Origin: Acidobacteriota bacterium
GTDB taxonomy: Bacteria; Acidobacteriota; Terriglobia; Acidiferrales; UBA7541
Direction of reading: 5' to 3'
Length of the DNA: 64,000 nt
Assembly (NCBI GenBank): GCA_013289715.1
Contig: JABCZJ010000013.1
Coordinates: forward strand, 43,118 to 107,117
Part shown: piece by piece, positions 47,678 to 56,135 of the stretch
Position numbering within the stretch: the stretch's first letter is position 1
How the letters are laid out: each line of letters begins with the position of its first letter
Translations under genes and position numbers: made by a program
Notes under the pieces: model-generated
Databases searched by the model: none
What the model was told of the DNA's origin: nothing
What the model saw: the letters and a program-made list of their open reading frames with translations, nothing else

Positions 47678-47889
47678 TCACTTTTAATAAATTTAATAAA
47701 ACGTTTGGGGTGGGGTCTTTCAAGCTTCTGAATGCTGTTTGCCGGGATAGCTGTTCCCGCACTGGTCTCAGCTTAGCCTGCCAGCTCTGCTGCGACCCCC
47801 ACCACCCATCGCGCAATACCAGCAACTTCGGGTATTAGCATTTCGGGCTAGCAAAATCCGCGCGTACGCTGCGCTACCTGGAGACGTAA

Positions 47890-50800
47890 ATGAGATACCT
47901 TCGCCAAGCAGGTTGCCTGTTCGCGTTTTTCCTGTGCGCGTCCGCCGCCTTCGCGCAAGACACCGCCACGCTGAACGGCACCGTGCATGACACCACCGGC
48001 GCAGTAGTAGCCGGCGCCACCGTCACCGTCAGCAACGCCACCATCGGCATGAACAAGACCACCACCGCCAATGGCGACGGCGATTGGGTAATCCCCTATC
48101 TGCCCAGCGGCGCCTACGACGTCAGCATCACCGCCAAAGGTTTCAAGACGTACGAGGCCAAGGGCGTGGTCCTCCGCGTAGGCCAAAAAGCGCGCATCGA
48201 CGTCACGTTGGAAGTCGGCTCCCTCGCCAGCGAAGTCGTCGTCGCAGGCCAAGGCCTCGCCCAAGTCGAAACGCAGTCCGCGCAAGTCGGCGGCACCATC
48301 ACCGGCGCCGAAATCACGCAGCTGCAATTGAACGGCCGCGACTTCGCGCAGCTCATCACTTTGACCCCCGGCGTCAATAATCAAACCGGACAAGATGAAG
48401 GGACAGTCGGCATCGCGGGCAATACGGTGTATTCCGTGAACGGCGGCCGGGGTGAGAACAACAACTGGGAACTCGACGGCGGCGACAACATGGACAACGG
48501 CAGCAACAACTCGCTGAACGTTTATCCCAGCATTGACGCGATCCAGGAAGTGCGCGTTCTAACCTCGAATTACGGCGCGGAATACGGCCGCAACGCGTCC
48601 GGCACCGTCGAAACCGAGCTGAAGTCCGGCACCAGCAGCTTCCATGGCGACGTGTACGAATTCAATCGCAACAACATTTTCAATTCGCGAAATTACTTCG
48701 ATCAAACATCCTCCGCCCCACCCTATAAGAAAAATGATTTCGGCTACACCATCGGCGGCCCCATCTACATTCCCGGCCACTACAACTCAGACAAGAGCAA
48801 AACCTTCTTCTTCTGGTCGCAGGAATGGCGCCTCGAACGCGTCCCCAACACTTTCAACCTTGCCGTCCCCTCCAACGCCGAGCGCGGCGGGAATTTTTCC
48901 GACGTGTGCCCCGCGGCTGGAACCGTATTTTACCGCGGCGATCCCAACAGCGTTCTAAATCCCGAGCCGACCGCGTTTTATCCGGACTGCCCGGCGGCCT
49001 CCGCCAACACCGGCAATCCAGCGATCACGTCCTACAACACCTTCCCCAACAATCAAGTAACCGTTGACCCCAACGCCCAAGCGATCCTCGCCGAAATTAG
49101 CGCCCCCAACAGCACCACCGGTTGCCCTTCCACCATCGGCGCCTGTTACAACGCGTCCATTTCCCAGCCCACCTTTTGGCGCGAAGAGCTTCTCCGCGTG
49201 GATCACAATTTCACCAACAATTTGCGCGGCATGTTTCACTACGTCCACGACTCCTGGAACACCACCACGCCCACCACGCTGTGGTCCAACGCCACCCTTC
49301 CCTCGATCCAAACAAAATTTGTCGGCCCCACCACCAGCGCCGTGGCCCGTTTGACGTACACCGCTTCACCCACTCTGGTGAACGAATTCGTCTTCAGCTA
49401 CACCAGCGACCACATCTTCCTGAGCAACGTTGGCCCCTTTGAACGCCCCGCCAGCATGACGATGACCGGCCTGTTTCCCGATTTTGGCGGCAAACTGCCC
49501 ACAGTCTCCGTCGCCGGAAATGCCGCTTACGGTGCCGGGTTCACCGCCGATCCTTCCGATGAGCCTTGGAACAACGCGAATCCCACCTACACCATTCGCG
49601 ACAACCTCACCAAAATTTTCGGTAAACATACCCTGCAGATGGGCGCCTACGGTGTCATCGCTCAGAAGAACGAGTTCGCCAGCATCGGACTCCAGGGCTC
49701 CCTGAGCTTCGATGCGTCCAATTCCCTGGTTTCCAATGGAAACGCCTTCGCCGATCTCCTCGTCGGAAACATCTCCACCTTCTCCCAGCCAAATCACGAG
49801 CCCAAATACTACAACCGCTACAAATATATCGAGCCCTACATCAACGACGATTTTCACGTCACCTCACGCCTCACTCTGAATGTCGGTATACGCTTGAGCC
49901 TTTTCGGCAATTATTACGAGAAGTACGACAATGCCTTCAACTTCGAGCCGTCCGCTTTCAACCAGACCAACGCGGTATCGGTCGGTCCCAACGGCAACCT
50001 CTTTGCCGACCCGGGGTTGACTGAGCCTCTGACGCCGACAGATCCCCGAAACTTCAACGGCATCGTGCAATGCGGCACGTCAGGTTTTCCCCGCACTTGC
50101 ATGCAAGGACACGTATTCAACCCGGCGCCGCGCGTGGGTTTCGCGTGGGATATATTTGGCGACGGAAAAACCTCTCTGCGTGGCGGCTACGGCGTCTTCT
50201 TCGATCACGGCAACGGCAATGAAGCCAACACCGAATCTCTGGAAGGTAACCCTCCGTTCGTGCTCAACCCGCAGCAACCGAACATCGCTCCGGGCGTCAA
50301 CGGCTGCGCTCAATCAACCGGCTACCTCTGCATCGGAGGCGGCGCAGGCGCGCTCGCCTATCCTCTGACCGTCTTCTCCATCCCAACGAAAAGCATTTGG
50401 CCCTACGCCCAGCAATGGAACCTGAGCATCGAACGCGAGCTGTTCAAGAACACCGTAGGCCAAATCGGGTATGTCGGAAGCAAAGGCACAAATCTCTCCC
50501 TACAGTTGGACGGGAATCAACTTCATCCGACGCCAGCGGCCGAGAATCCCTATCAGCCCGGCCAAGTCCTCACCCAATCGGATTGCACTAGCGGTCTTGT
50601 TAATGGTAATCCGCTCACGCCGATCACTAATTCGCCGATGAGCGTCCAAGAAAATTTCAGCACTGCCTGCGGCAACGATCCCTCCCCCTTCCGACCGTAC
50701 GTCGGATTCGGCTCCATCACCGCCAAGTCCTATCGCACCAATTCATCCTACAATTCGTTGCAGATGTCCATCCGCCGCACCATCGCGCCGCTGGTCATCG

Positions 50801-51570
50801 CCGCGTCCTACACCTACAGCCACTCGATCGATGACTCCTCCGACTGGGGCGATCAGAACTTCGTGAATTCCTACGATGTGCGCGGCAACCGCGCCAGCTC
50901 CAACTTCGACGAACGCCAGATTTTCACCTTCAGCTACGTTTACAACATTCCCTGGTTCACCCAAGCCGGCTGGTCGAAAAAAGTCTTTGGCGGCTGGGAG
51001 TATTCCGGCATCACCTCGTTCAATACCGGACAGCCCTTTAGCGTTCTCTACGGAATATTCGGCGACAACGCCGGCGTCGGCAACGGCGTGGGCACCAACG
51101 GCTCTTACGCCGATGTGACCGGCATCAGCCCTTACAGCAAGCCGTCCGCAGCCGTTATCGCGTCACTGGTTCCCGGCAGCGGACCGTTGCTCTACAATCC
51201 TGCCGCCTTTGCCGCACCCACCGGCCTTACCTTCGGCGACTCCGGCCGGGACTTCCTGAACAATCCCAGCCGTTTGAACTTCGACATGGCTCTGTTCAAA
51301 AATATCCCGATCCACGAATCCATTGCCCTGCAGTTCCGCGCCGAGGGCTTCAACATCTTCAATCACACCCAATGGGAGAGCGGCAATTCCACGGCTAGCA
51401 CCACCGGTAGCGGCGGCGTCGCCAACAATTCATTGACCTGCTTCGGTGGCGCAAACAATTCCGCCGCCGACCCGTCATGCCTCGGCCCCGCCGCATGGAA
51501 CGGCTTCCTGCAGCCACAAGCCGCCCACAACCCACGCATCTTCCAGTTCGGCCTGAAACTGCTGTTCTGA
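47890..51570 (+). CDS. TonB-dependent outer-membrane receptor with N-terminal carboxypeptidase-regulatory-like domain
   Basis: A signal peptide is followed by 'LNGTVHDTTGAVVAGATVTVSN…GDWVIPYLPSGAYDVSITAKGF' (CarboxypepD_reg). A plug-like region follows ('GAEITQLQLNGRDFAQLITLTPGV'). The long beta-rich barrel ends in a terminal …LLF. Confidence 0.9.
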   Translation: MRYLRQAGCLFAFFLCASAAFAQDTATLNGTVHDTTGAVVAGATVTVSNATIGMNKTTTANGDGDWVIPYLPSGAYDVSITAKGFKTYEAKGVVLRVGQKARIDVTLEVGSLASEVVVAGQGLAQVETQSAQVGGTITGAEITQLQLNGRDFAQLITLTPGVNNQTGQDEGTVGIAGNTVYSVNGGRGENNNWELDGGDNMDNGSNNSLNVYPSIDAIQEVRVLTSNYGAEYGRNASGTVETELKSGTSSFHGDVYEFNRNNIFNSRNYFDQTSSAPPYKKNDFGYTIGGPIYIPGHYNSDKSKTFFFWSQEWRLERVPNTFNLAVPSNAERGGNFSDVCPAAGTVFYRGDPNSVLNPEPTAFYPDCPAASANTGNPAITSYNTFPNNQVTVDPNAQAILAEISAPNSTTGCPSTIGACYNASISQPTFWREELLRVDHNFTNNLRGMFHYVHDSWNTTTPTTLWSNATLPSIQTKFVGPTTSAVARLTYTASPTLVNEFVFSYTSDHIFLSNVGPFERPASMTMTGLFPDFGGKLPTVSVAGNAAYGAGFTADPSDEPWNNANPTYTIRDNLTKIFGKHTLQMGAYGVIAQKNEFASIGLQGSLSFDASNSLVSNGNAFADLLVGNISTFSQPNHEPKYYNRYKYIEPYINDDFHVTSRLTLNVGIRLSLFGNYYEKYDNAFNFEPSAFNQTNAVSVGPNGNLFADPGLTEPLTPTDPRNFNGIVQCGTSGFPRTCMQGHVFNPAPRVGFAWDIFGDGKTSLRGGYGVFFDHGNGNEANTESLEGNPPFVLNPQQPNIAPGVNGCAQSTGYLCIGGGAGALAYPLTVFSIPTKSIWPYAQQWNLSIERELFKNTVGQIGYVGSKGTNLSLQLDGNQLHPTPAAENPYQPGQVLTQSDCTSGLVNGNPLTPITNSPMSVQENFSTACGNDPSPFRPYVGFGSITAKSYRTNSSYNSLQMSIRRTIAPLVIAASYTYSHSIDDSSDWGDQNFVNSYDVRGNRASSNFDERQIFTFSYVYNIPWFTQAGWSKKVFGGWEYSGITSFNTGQPFSVLYGIFGDNAGVGNGVGTNGSYADVTGISPYSKPSAAVIASLVPGSGPLLYNPAAFAAPTGLTFGDSGRDFLNNPSRLNFDMALFKNIPIHESIALQFRAEGFNIFNHTQWESGNSTASTTGSGGVANNSLTCFGGANNSAADPSCLGPAAWNGFLQPQAAHNPRIFQFGLKLLF

Positions 51571-51603
51571 GCCGCAACAATTCGCACGGCGAAGTACACA
51601 CTG

Positions 51604-51642
51604 AAAAAAAGGGCGCCGCGGAAACCCGCAGCGCCCTTTTTT
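51604..51642. terminator. Bidirectional intrinsic terminator
   Basis: A7, then GGGCGCCGCGG aaac CCGCAGCGCCC (an 11-bp stem with 1 mismatch), then T6. It lies between convergent genes. Confidence 0.7.
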
Positions 51643-51864
51643 AATTTCGAAGAAGACTATTGGGCGCTAGCCACGGTAGGGGCGCGCTTGCTGCGCCCGA
51701 GCTCGCCCAACCGTCAACATCTCTACGGCTCAGTTCCTGGGAACGCCAATCTCCCGATTGGCGTCTTTCGAACGCAGTGCCGCGTTCCGTTTCCATTTAA
51801 AAAAGCGCCGGTGCAGTTGCCGTTGCCTTTCTCTGTGCCCTCTGTGTTAAATCTTTCGCCCTTA

Positions 51865-53697
51865 TCAGTGTTCATCTGCGTTCATCGGTGGTGCCTTTGA
51901 CCTGGCGTCCCCCGCAAGTGGAGTTGTCCCCTGGATACCTTGCCCCTCCACCAGCACATAAATCTTATCCGCCGCCACGCCCGTAAGTTTTTCCACCGCC
52001 CCGCTAGGCCACAAAATCTCCACCGAATCCAAACTCGTCGCCTTCCCCAACCCAAAATGCAACCGCAAATCATTCTGCGAAAGATAACTCGCCCCGCCGC
52101 GCACTTCATTAAATTGCACCAGCTTCCCAGCCCGCACCGTCACCCGCGTCCCAATCGCCGCGCGATTGCTCTTCGTTCCCAGCAATCGAAATTCCACACG
52201 ATGATTCCCCGCGACTCCATGATTCAGCAACAAACTCGGCGCCTCGCCCACATTCAGCAACAGCACGTCCAGGTTGCCGTCGTTCGCCACATCCCCAAAC
52301 GCCGCTCCGCGCCGCGAAGCCACCGGCACCGCACCCAATCCCGCCGCCGCAGCCGATTCCGTGAAAGTCCCGTCGTGATTATTCATGTGCAGCAGCAAAG
52401 GCTCCTTGTAGCGCGCGATCCCCTCCAGCTGGTCCATCTGCGGATACACGTGCCCGCTCGCGACGAACAGATCCACCCAACCATCATTATCAAAATCAAA
52501 AAAACCAGTCCCCCATTTCACATAAGGGTAGCTGGGCTTGGCGACTCCGGCCTTCCAGCTGACATCATCAAATCCCTTCGCGCCCAAATTTTGATAAAGG
52601 TTGTCTTCCTGGTCCGCGAAATTCGTCACGAAAATATCCAGCCGCCCGTCGTGATCGTAATCCCCGAAATCCACGCCCATCGAACCATCCGCGTCGCCTT
52701 CGCTGCTCAGCGCCGCGCCCGCCAGCATTCCCTGGTCCGTGAAAGTCCCGTCGTGATTATTGTGATAGAGAAAATTCGGCCCCGTATCGTTGGCCACATA
52801 CAAATCGGGCCAGCCATCATTATCGTAATCGCCCCACACCACGCCCAATCCGTAATACCCGTTCGGGTCGCTCACGCCCGCCTTCTGCGACACTTCCTCA
52901 AACGTCCCGTCGCCGCGATTGTGATACAGTAGATCCGTTTCGCCCGTCATCCCCCAGGGACCGCACTGCACCACGATCCCGCGAAACTTGCATGTTCCGA
53001 ACGCCGCCACGTTATCCAGGTCCACATGCACGTAGCGCGAAACAAAAATATCCACGAACCCATCCTTGTCGTAATCCGCCCAAGCCGCGCCGGTCATGAA
53101 CCCGCTCCCGCGCACCCGGGCCTTGTCCGTCACATCCTCAAAAGTGCAATTCCCCCGCCCGCGATACAGCGCGTTCCCGCCATACCCCGTGACAAAAATG
53201 TCTAAAAATCCATCGTTATCAAAATCCGCTACGGCCACGCCCATCCCCCAACCCTTGCGCGTCAGCCCCGCCGCCTGCGTACGATCTACAAATCTCAGCG
53301 GCGCGCCCTCGCGATTCCCCACCTGGCGGTACAAAGTAACCATCAAATCCCCACCATTCTTGTAACGATCCACCGTCGACCCGTTCACCACCAGTGCCGA
53401 CAGCACCCCGCTGTTATCGCAATCAATAAATCCCACGCCCCCGCTCATGGACTCCACAATATATTTTTTTTCAGGCGAAGCGATGTGCGCCACCGTAAGC
53501 CCCGCACGCGCGGAAATATCCTCAAAGGTAGGAACCGCCGTTGAAGTGTTCGCGCGCTGCGTTAAGCCGGAAGCGGATTTCTTGTTGTCTTGCGCGCCGC
53601 CCGGAGTGGAAAGCGCGCCACCCGCAGCGCACAAGAACACAAACACCGCGAGCGCCACAAGCGCAAAATGTTTTTCTCCGCTGGAGACGGGTCCCAA
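51865..53697 (-). CDS. CRTAC1-family protein (FG-GAP/VCBS repeats + ASPIC/UnbV)
   Basis: Repeated 'DFDNDG.LD', 'DYDKDGFVD' and 'DYDNDGWPD' motifs are present. The C-terminal 'NHRVEFRLLGTKSNRAAIGTRVTV…GGASYLSQND' is ASPIC/UnbV-like. The start is probably TTG. Confidence 0.85.
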   Translation of the reverse strand: MGPVSSGEKHFALVALAVFVFLCAAGGALSTPGGAQDNKKSASGLTQRANTSTAVPTFEDISARAGLTVAHIASPEKKYIVESMSGGVGFIDCDNSGVLSALVVNGSTVDRYKNGGDLMVTLYRQVGNREGAPLRFVDRTQAAGLTRKGWGMGVAVADFDNDGFLDIFVTGYGGNALYRGRGNCTFEDVTDKARVRGSGFMTGAAWADYDKDGFVDIFVSRYVHVDLDNVAAFGTCKFRGIVVQCGPWGMTGETDLLYHNRGDGTFEEVSQKAGVSDPNGYYGLGVVWGDYDNDGWPDLYVANDTGPNFLYHNNHDGTFTDQGMLAGAALSSEGDADGSMGVDFGDYDHDGRLDIFVTNFADQEDNLYQNLGAKGFDDVSWKAGVAKPSYPYVKWGTGFFDFDNDGWVDLFVASGHVYPQMDQLEGIARYKEPLLLHMNNHDGTFTESAAAAGLGAVPVASRRGAAFGDVANDGNLDVLLLNVGEAPSLLLNHGVAGNHRVEFRLLGTKSNRAAIGTRVTVRAGKLVQFNEVRGGASYLSQNDLRLHFGLGKATSLDSVEILWPSGAVEKLTGVAADKIYVLVEGQGIQGTTPLAGDARSKAPPMNADEH

Positions 53698-54083
53698 TGC
53701 GCAACTACTCTAGCCGCGCATCTTCCCGTTGTCCATGTTTGACGGGAGCCCTCCGATCGCCCCCCGCCCAGTCCACGATGGAGTGCGGCGGCTTGCCGCC
53801 GCTTTCGTCGAGGCGCAATGTGCGACGACGAAACGAGCTAGGCGAGGCTTGCCTCGCCCGTTACCCAGCACCAGTTCCACGCGCAGCCAGAACAGGGGCG
53901 CTGCTTGCCTGCCGCAGGTTCTCTCTGCGAACTCTGCGCTCCGACCTCCGCGACCTCTGCGTCAAATCTTTCGCCTTGCGCCAACAAACCTAGCGCCGCC
54001 CTGCCAAGTACCTCCCAGTTTCCCTATCCCCCACATCCGCTTTTGCGATTGGACAGCGACGCGCAGCCCCGCTAACTTTGTAT

Positions 54084-54809
54084 ATGGACACCACGACAGC
54101 CACACACGACGCCGATGTCGATCTACTCCACGACCTTGGCAGCAGCATCGCCGCCAGCGGCCAGGATCCTCTCCACGAAGTTCTCGCACGCGTGCTCGAA
54201 TTCGCTGTCGCGCTTGTGAATTGCGATTCTTGCTTCATCTACGTCCAGGACGAGGAAGAACTCGTCCTGCGCGCCTCGAAAAATCCCCATCAGGAAGTAG
54301 TCGATCGCCTGAAGCTGCGCGTCGGCCAAGGCATCACCGGCTGGGTCGCCGAACACCGCACCGCCGTAGCCGTCGCGCGCAACGCCGCAAAGGATCCGCG
54401 TTTCAAGTTCTTCAATCAATTGCCGGAGGATTCCTACCAGGCATTCCTATCCGTCCCGTTGCTCTGCCGCGGCCGTCTCGTCGGAGTCATCAACCTTCAG
54501 CACATCCGCCCGCACGTTTACAAACAGCGCGACATCCAGCTGATCTCCACGGTCGGCTTTCTGGTCGGCGCAGAAATCGAAATGGCGCGCCTGGAAACCG
54601 CCAACACCCAGCTCTCGGAGCGCCTCGAAACTCGCAAGCTCCTCGAGCGCGCTAAAGGCATCCTCCAGCGCGACATGGCCACCACCGAAGAGAAGGCCTA
54701 CCTCACTCTCCAGCAACAAAGCCGCCAGACCCGCAAATCCATGAAGCAAATCGCCGAAGCCATCATTCTCTCCGACGAAGTAAAACGCTCCCAGAAATTC
54801 GCCTCGTAA
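54084..54809 (+). CDS. GAF + ANTAR domain RNA-binding regulator
   Basis: The GAF-like region runs from 'CDSCFIYV…' to '…FLSVPLLCRGRLVGVINLQH'. The C-terminal 'LETRKLLERAKGILQRDMATTEEKAYLTLQQQSRQTRKSMKQIAEAII' matches the ANTAR helical pattern. Confidence 0.85.
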   Translation: MDTTTATHDADVDLLHDLGSSIAASGQDPLHEVLARVLEFAVALVNCDSCFIYVQDEEELVLRASKNPHQEVVDRLKLRVGQGITGWVAEHRTAVAVARNAAKDPRFKFFNQLPEDSYQAFLSVPLLCRGRLVGVINLQHIRPHVYKQRDIQLISTVGFLVGAEIEMARLETANTQLSERLETRKLLERAKGILQRDMATTEEKAYLTLQQQSRQTRKSMKQIAEAIILSDEVKRSQKFAS

Positions 54810-54968
54810 TCCACCGCCAATCCCGCGCGCCAACAGGACTCGCCCACCATCCCGACAAGCAAGCACGCGCGCACAACAAAACGCCGGCGCGGAAGCAGGC
54901 CCACCTTCAGCCCACCGCCACGCCGGCGCACCAATCACGAATCACCAATCACTACTTACTAATCACCG

Positions 54969-55418
54969 TCACTTCGCCTGCAAGTACGACGTCATCTTCG
55001 AATCAGGCGCAGCCTTCTTCCGCGCCAACTCCACATTCGGCCGTTCCGCGCCGTAATGCAGCACCACGCCCAATCTCTCCACGTACAACGCAGTCACCAC
55101 CGCTTGCCCGTCTCTGATTTCCAGCGTCATCCTGCCCGTGTCGTCACGCTTGATCTCGCTGACGAACGCCGGAATCACAATCCCTTTGCCCGTGCCGTCC
55201 GCCGTGAAAATCGTCACCGGAGGCGGCGACACGCTATCCTCCACCGCAAACGTGTAATCACCCGCCGGTAGCATCACCGTTCCCCACTTCGCCGGGCTGG
55301 TTAGCGTGAACCGGCCGGCGATCACCGGCTGTGCTCCCGCATTCGATGGAAACGCAAACGATGAAACCAAAGACAACAGCAACACGCAAATCCGGGACAG
55401 TTTCTTGCTCGATGTCAT
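54969..55418 (-). CDS. Secreted hypothetical protein
   Basis: ATG 55418 is preceded by GAGGAGG. The signal peptide is 'KKLSRICVLLLSLVSSFAFPSNAGA'. I recognised no family motif. Confidence 0.55.
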   Translation of the reverse strand: MTSSKKLSRICVLLLSLVSSFAFPSNAGAQPVIAGRFTLTSPAKWGTVMLPAGDYTFAVEDSVSPPPVTIFTADGTGKGIVIPAFVSEIKRDDTGRMTLEIRDGQAVVTALYVERLGVVLHYGAERPNVELARKKAAPDSKMTSYLQAK

Positions 55419-56135
55419 AAATTCCTCCTCAGGAATTCGTTGTCGTAAACGCCGCCGCATGCTTCGGCGCGCGTTGCTAAGGTTGGATCATTGCGGACGA
55501 CAAGGTCAGCAAGTGACGCGTTCGAAAAACAGTGGTTAGGAGGGAACCTCTGAGTTCGTGCCCATCATCACGTCAAGGAGATGATCGGCATGTTTACTTT
55601 GCCGCCATCTACCCACGATGTCCAATTCAAAGAATCCATGCAATCCATAATCTTTCCCAGTCCCTTTCCAGGACCGACGCACCGCCGCGCGCCGTTCCTG
55701 GGAACAAAAACCTCCCGATTGGTGTTGTGGCCCTTGGTAGGGCGCTGCTTGAGTGCTATGGGAAGATCTGTGGCGCTCGACGGGCTTACGATTTCGCACC
55801 ACCGCATCCCTGAGGAATTGGGCGGGGGGGTGGAATGGACCTGGTGCACAAAGCGGAGGACATGCACCTGCGCCGCTGGGCGCGGCGTCCAGTCACCCCT
55901 TGACAAAACTACTGGCGGTAGTATCTTCCTCCAACTGACAGGCGCAAGTTTCCCTGCAGGAAGCTGAACCAAGCGAATTCGCTCAGTCAGCTGACTGAAA
56001 TTCACGACTTCTTAAGATGTACGCAAGTTGTCGAAGCTCGGCCGCCAAGGGTGCAAGCCACGATTCTGTTCCGACGCCGCAGCGAGACGAACCGGGCAGG
56101 AAATCGTATCCACCGTGCGAGGAGGAATCAACGAA

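Noticed and set aside
47700-47889. Cobalamin riboswitch in the TonB-receptor leader ('GCTGTTCCCGCACTGG' resembles part of the B12-element core).
   Set aside because: Only one short block resembles the consensus. I could not find the GGGAA/GGTG…AATCC elements or a convincing B12 box (AGYCMGGAGACCKGCC). I left it as a generic 'structured leader' to be scanned with Rfam.
55928-56135. ANTAR dual-hairpin target in the BNR-gene leader (three GCAAG-containing segments: GGCGCAAGTTT, ACGCAAGTTGT, GGTGCAAGCCAC).
   Set aside because: I could not fold them into two adjacent short stems with hexaloops carrying A1/G4, and no overlapping terminator is visible. A covariance-model search is needed before any claim.
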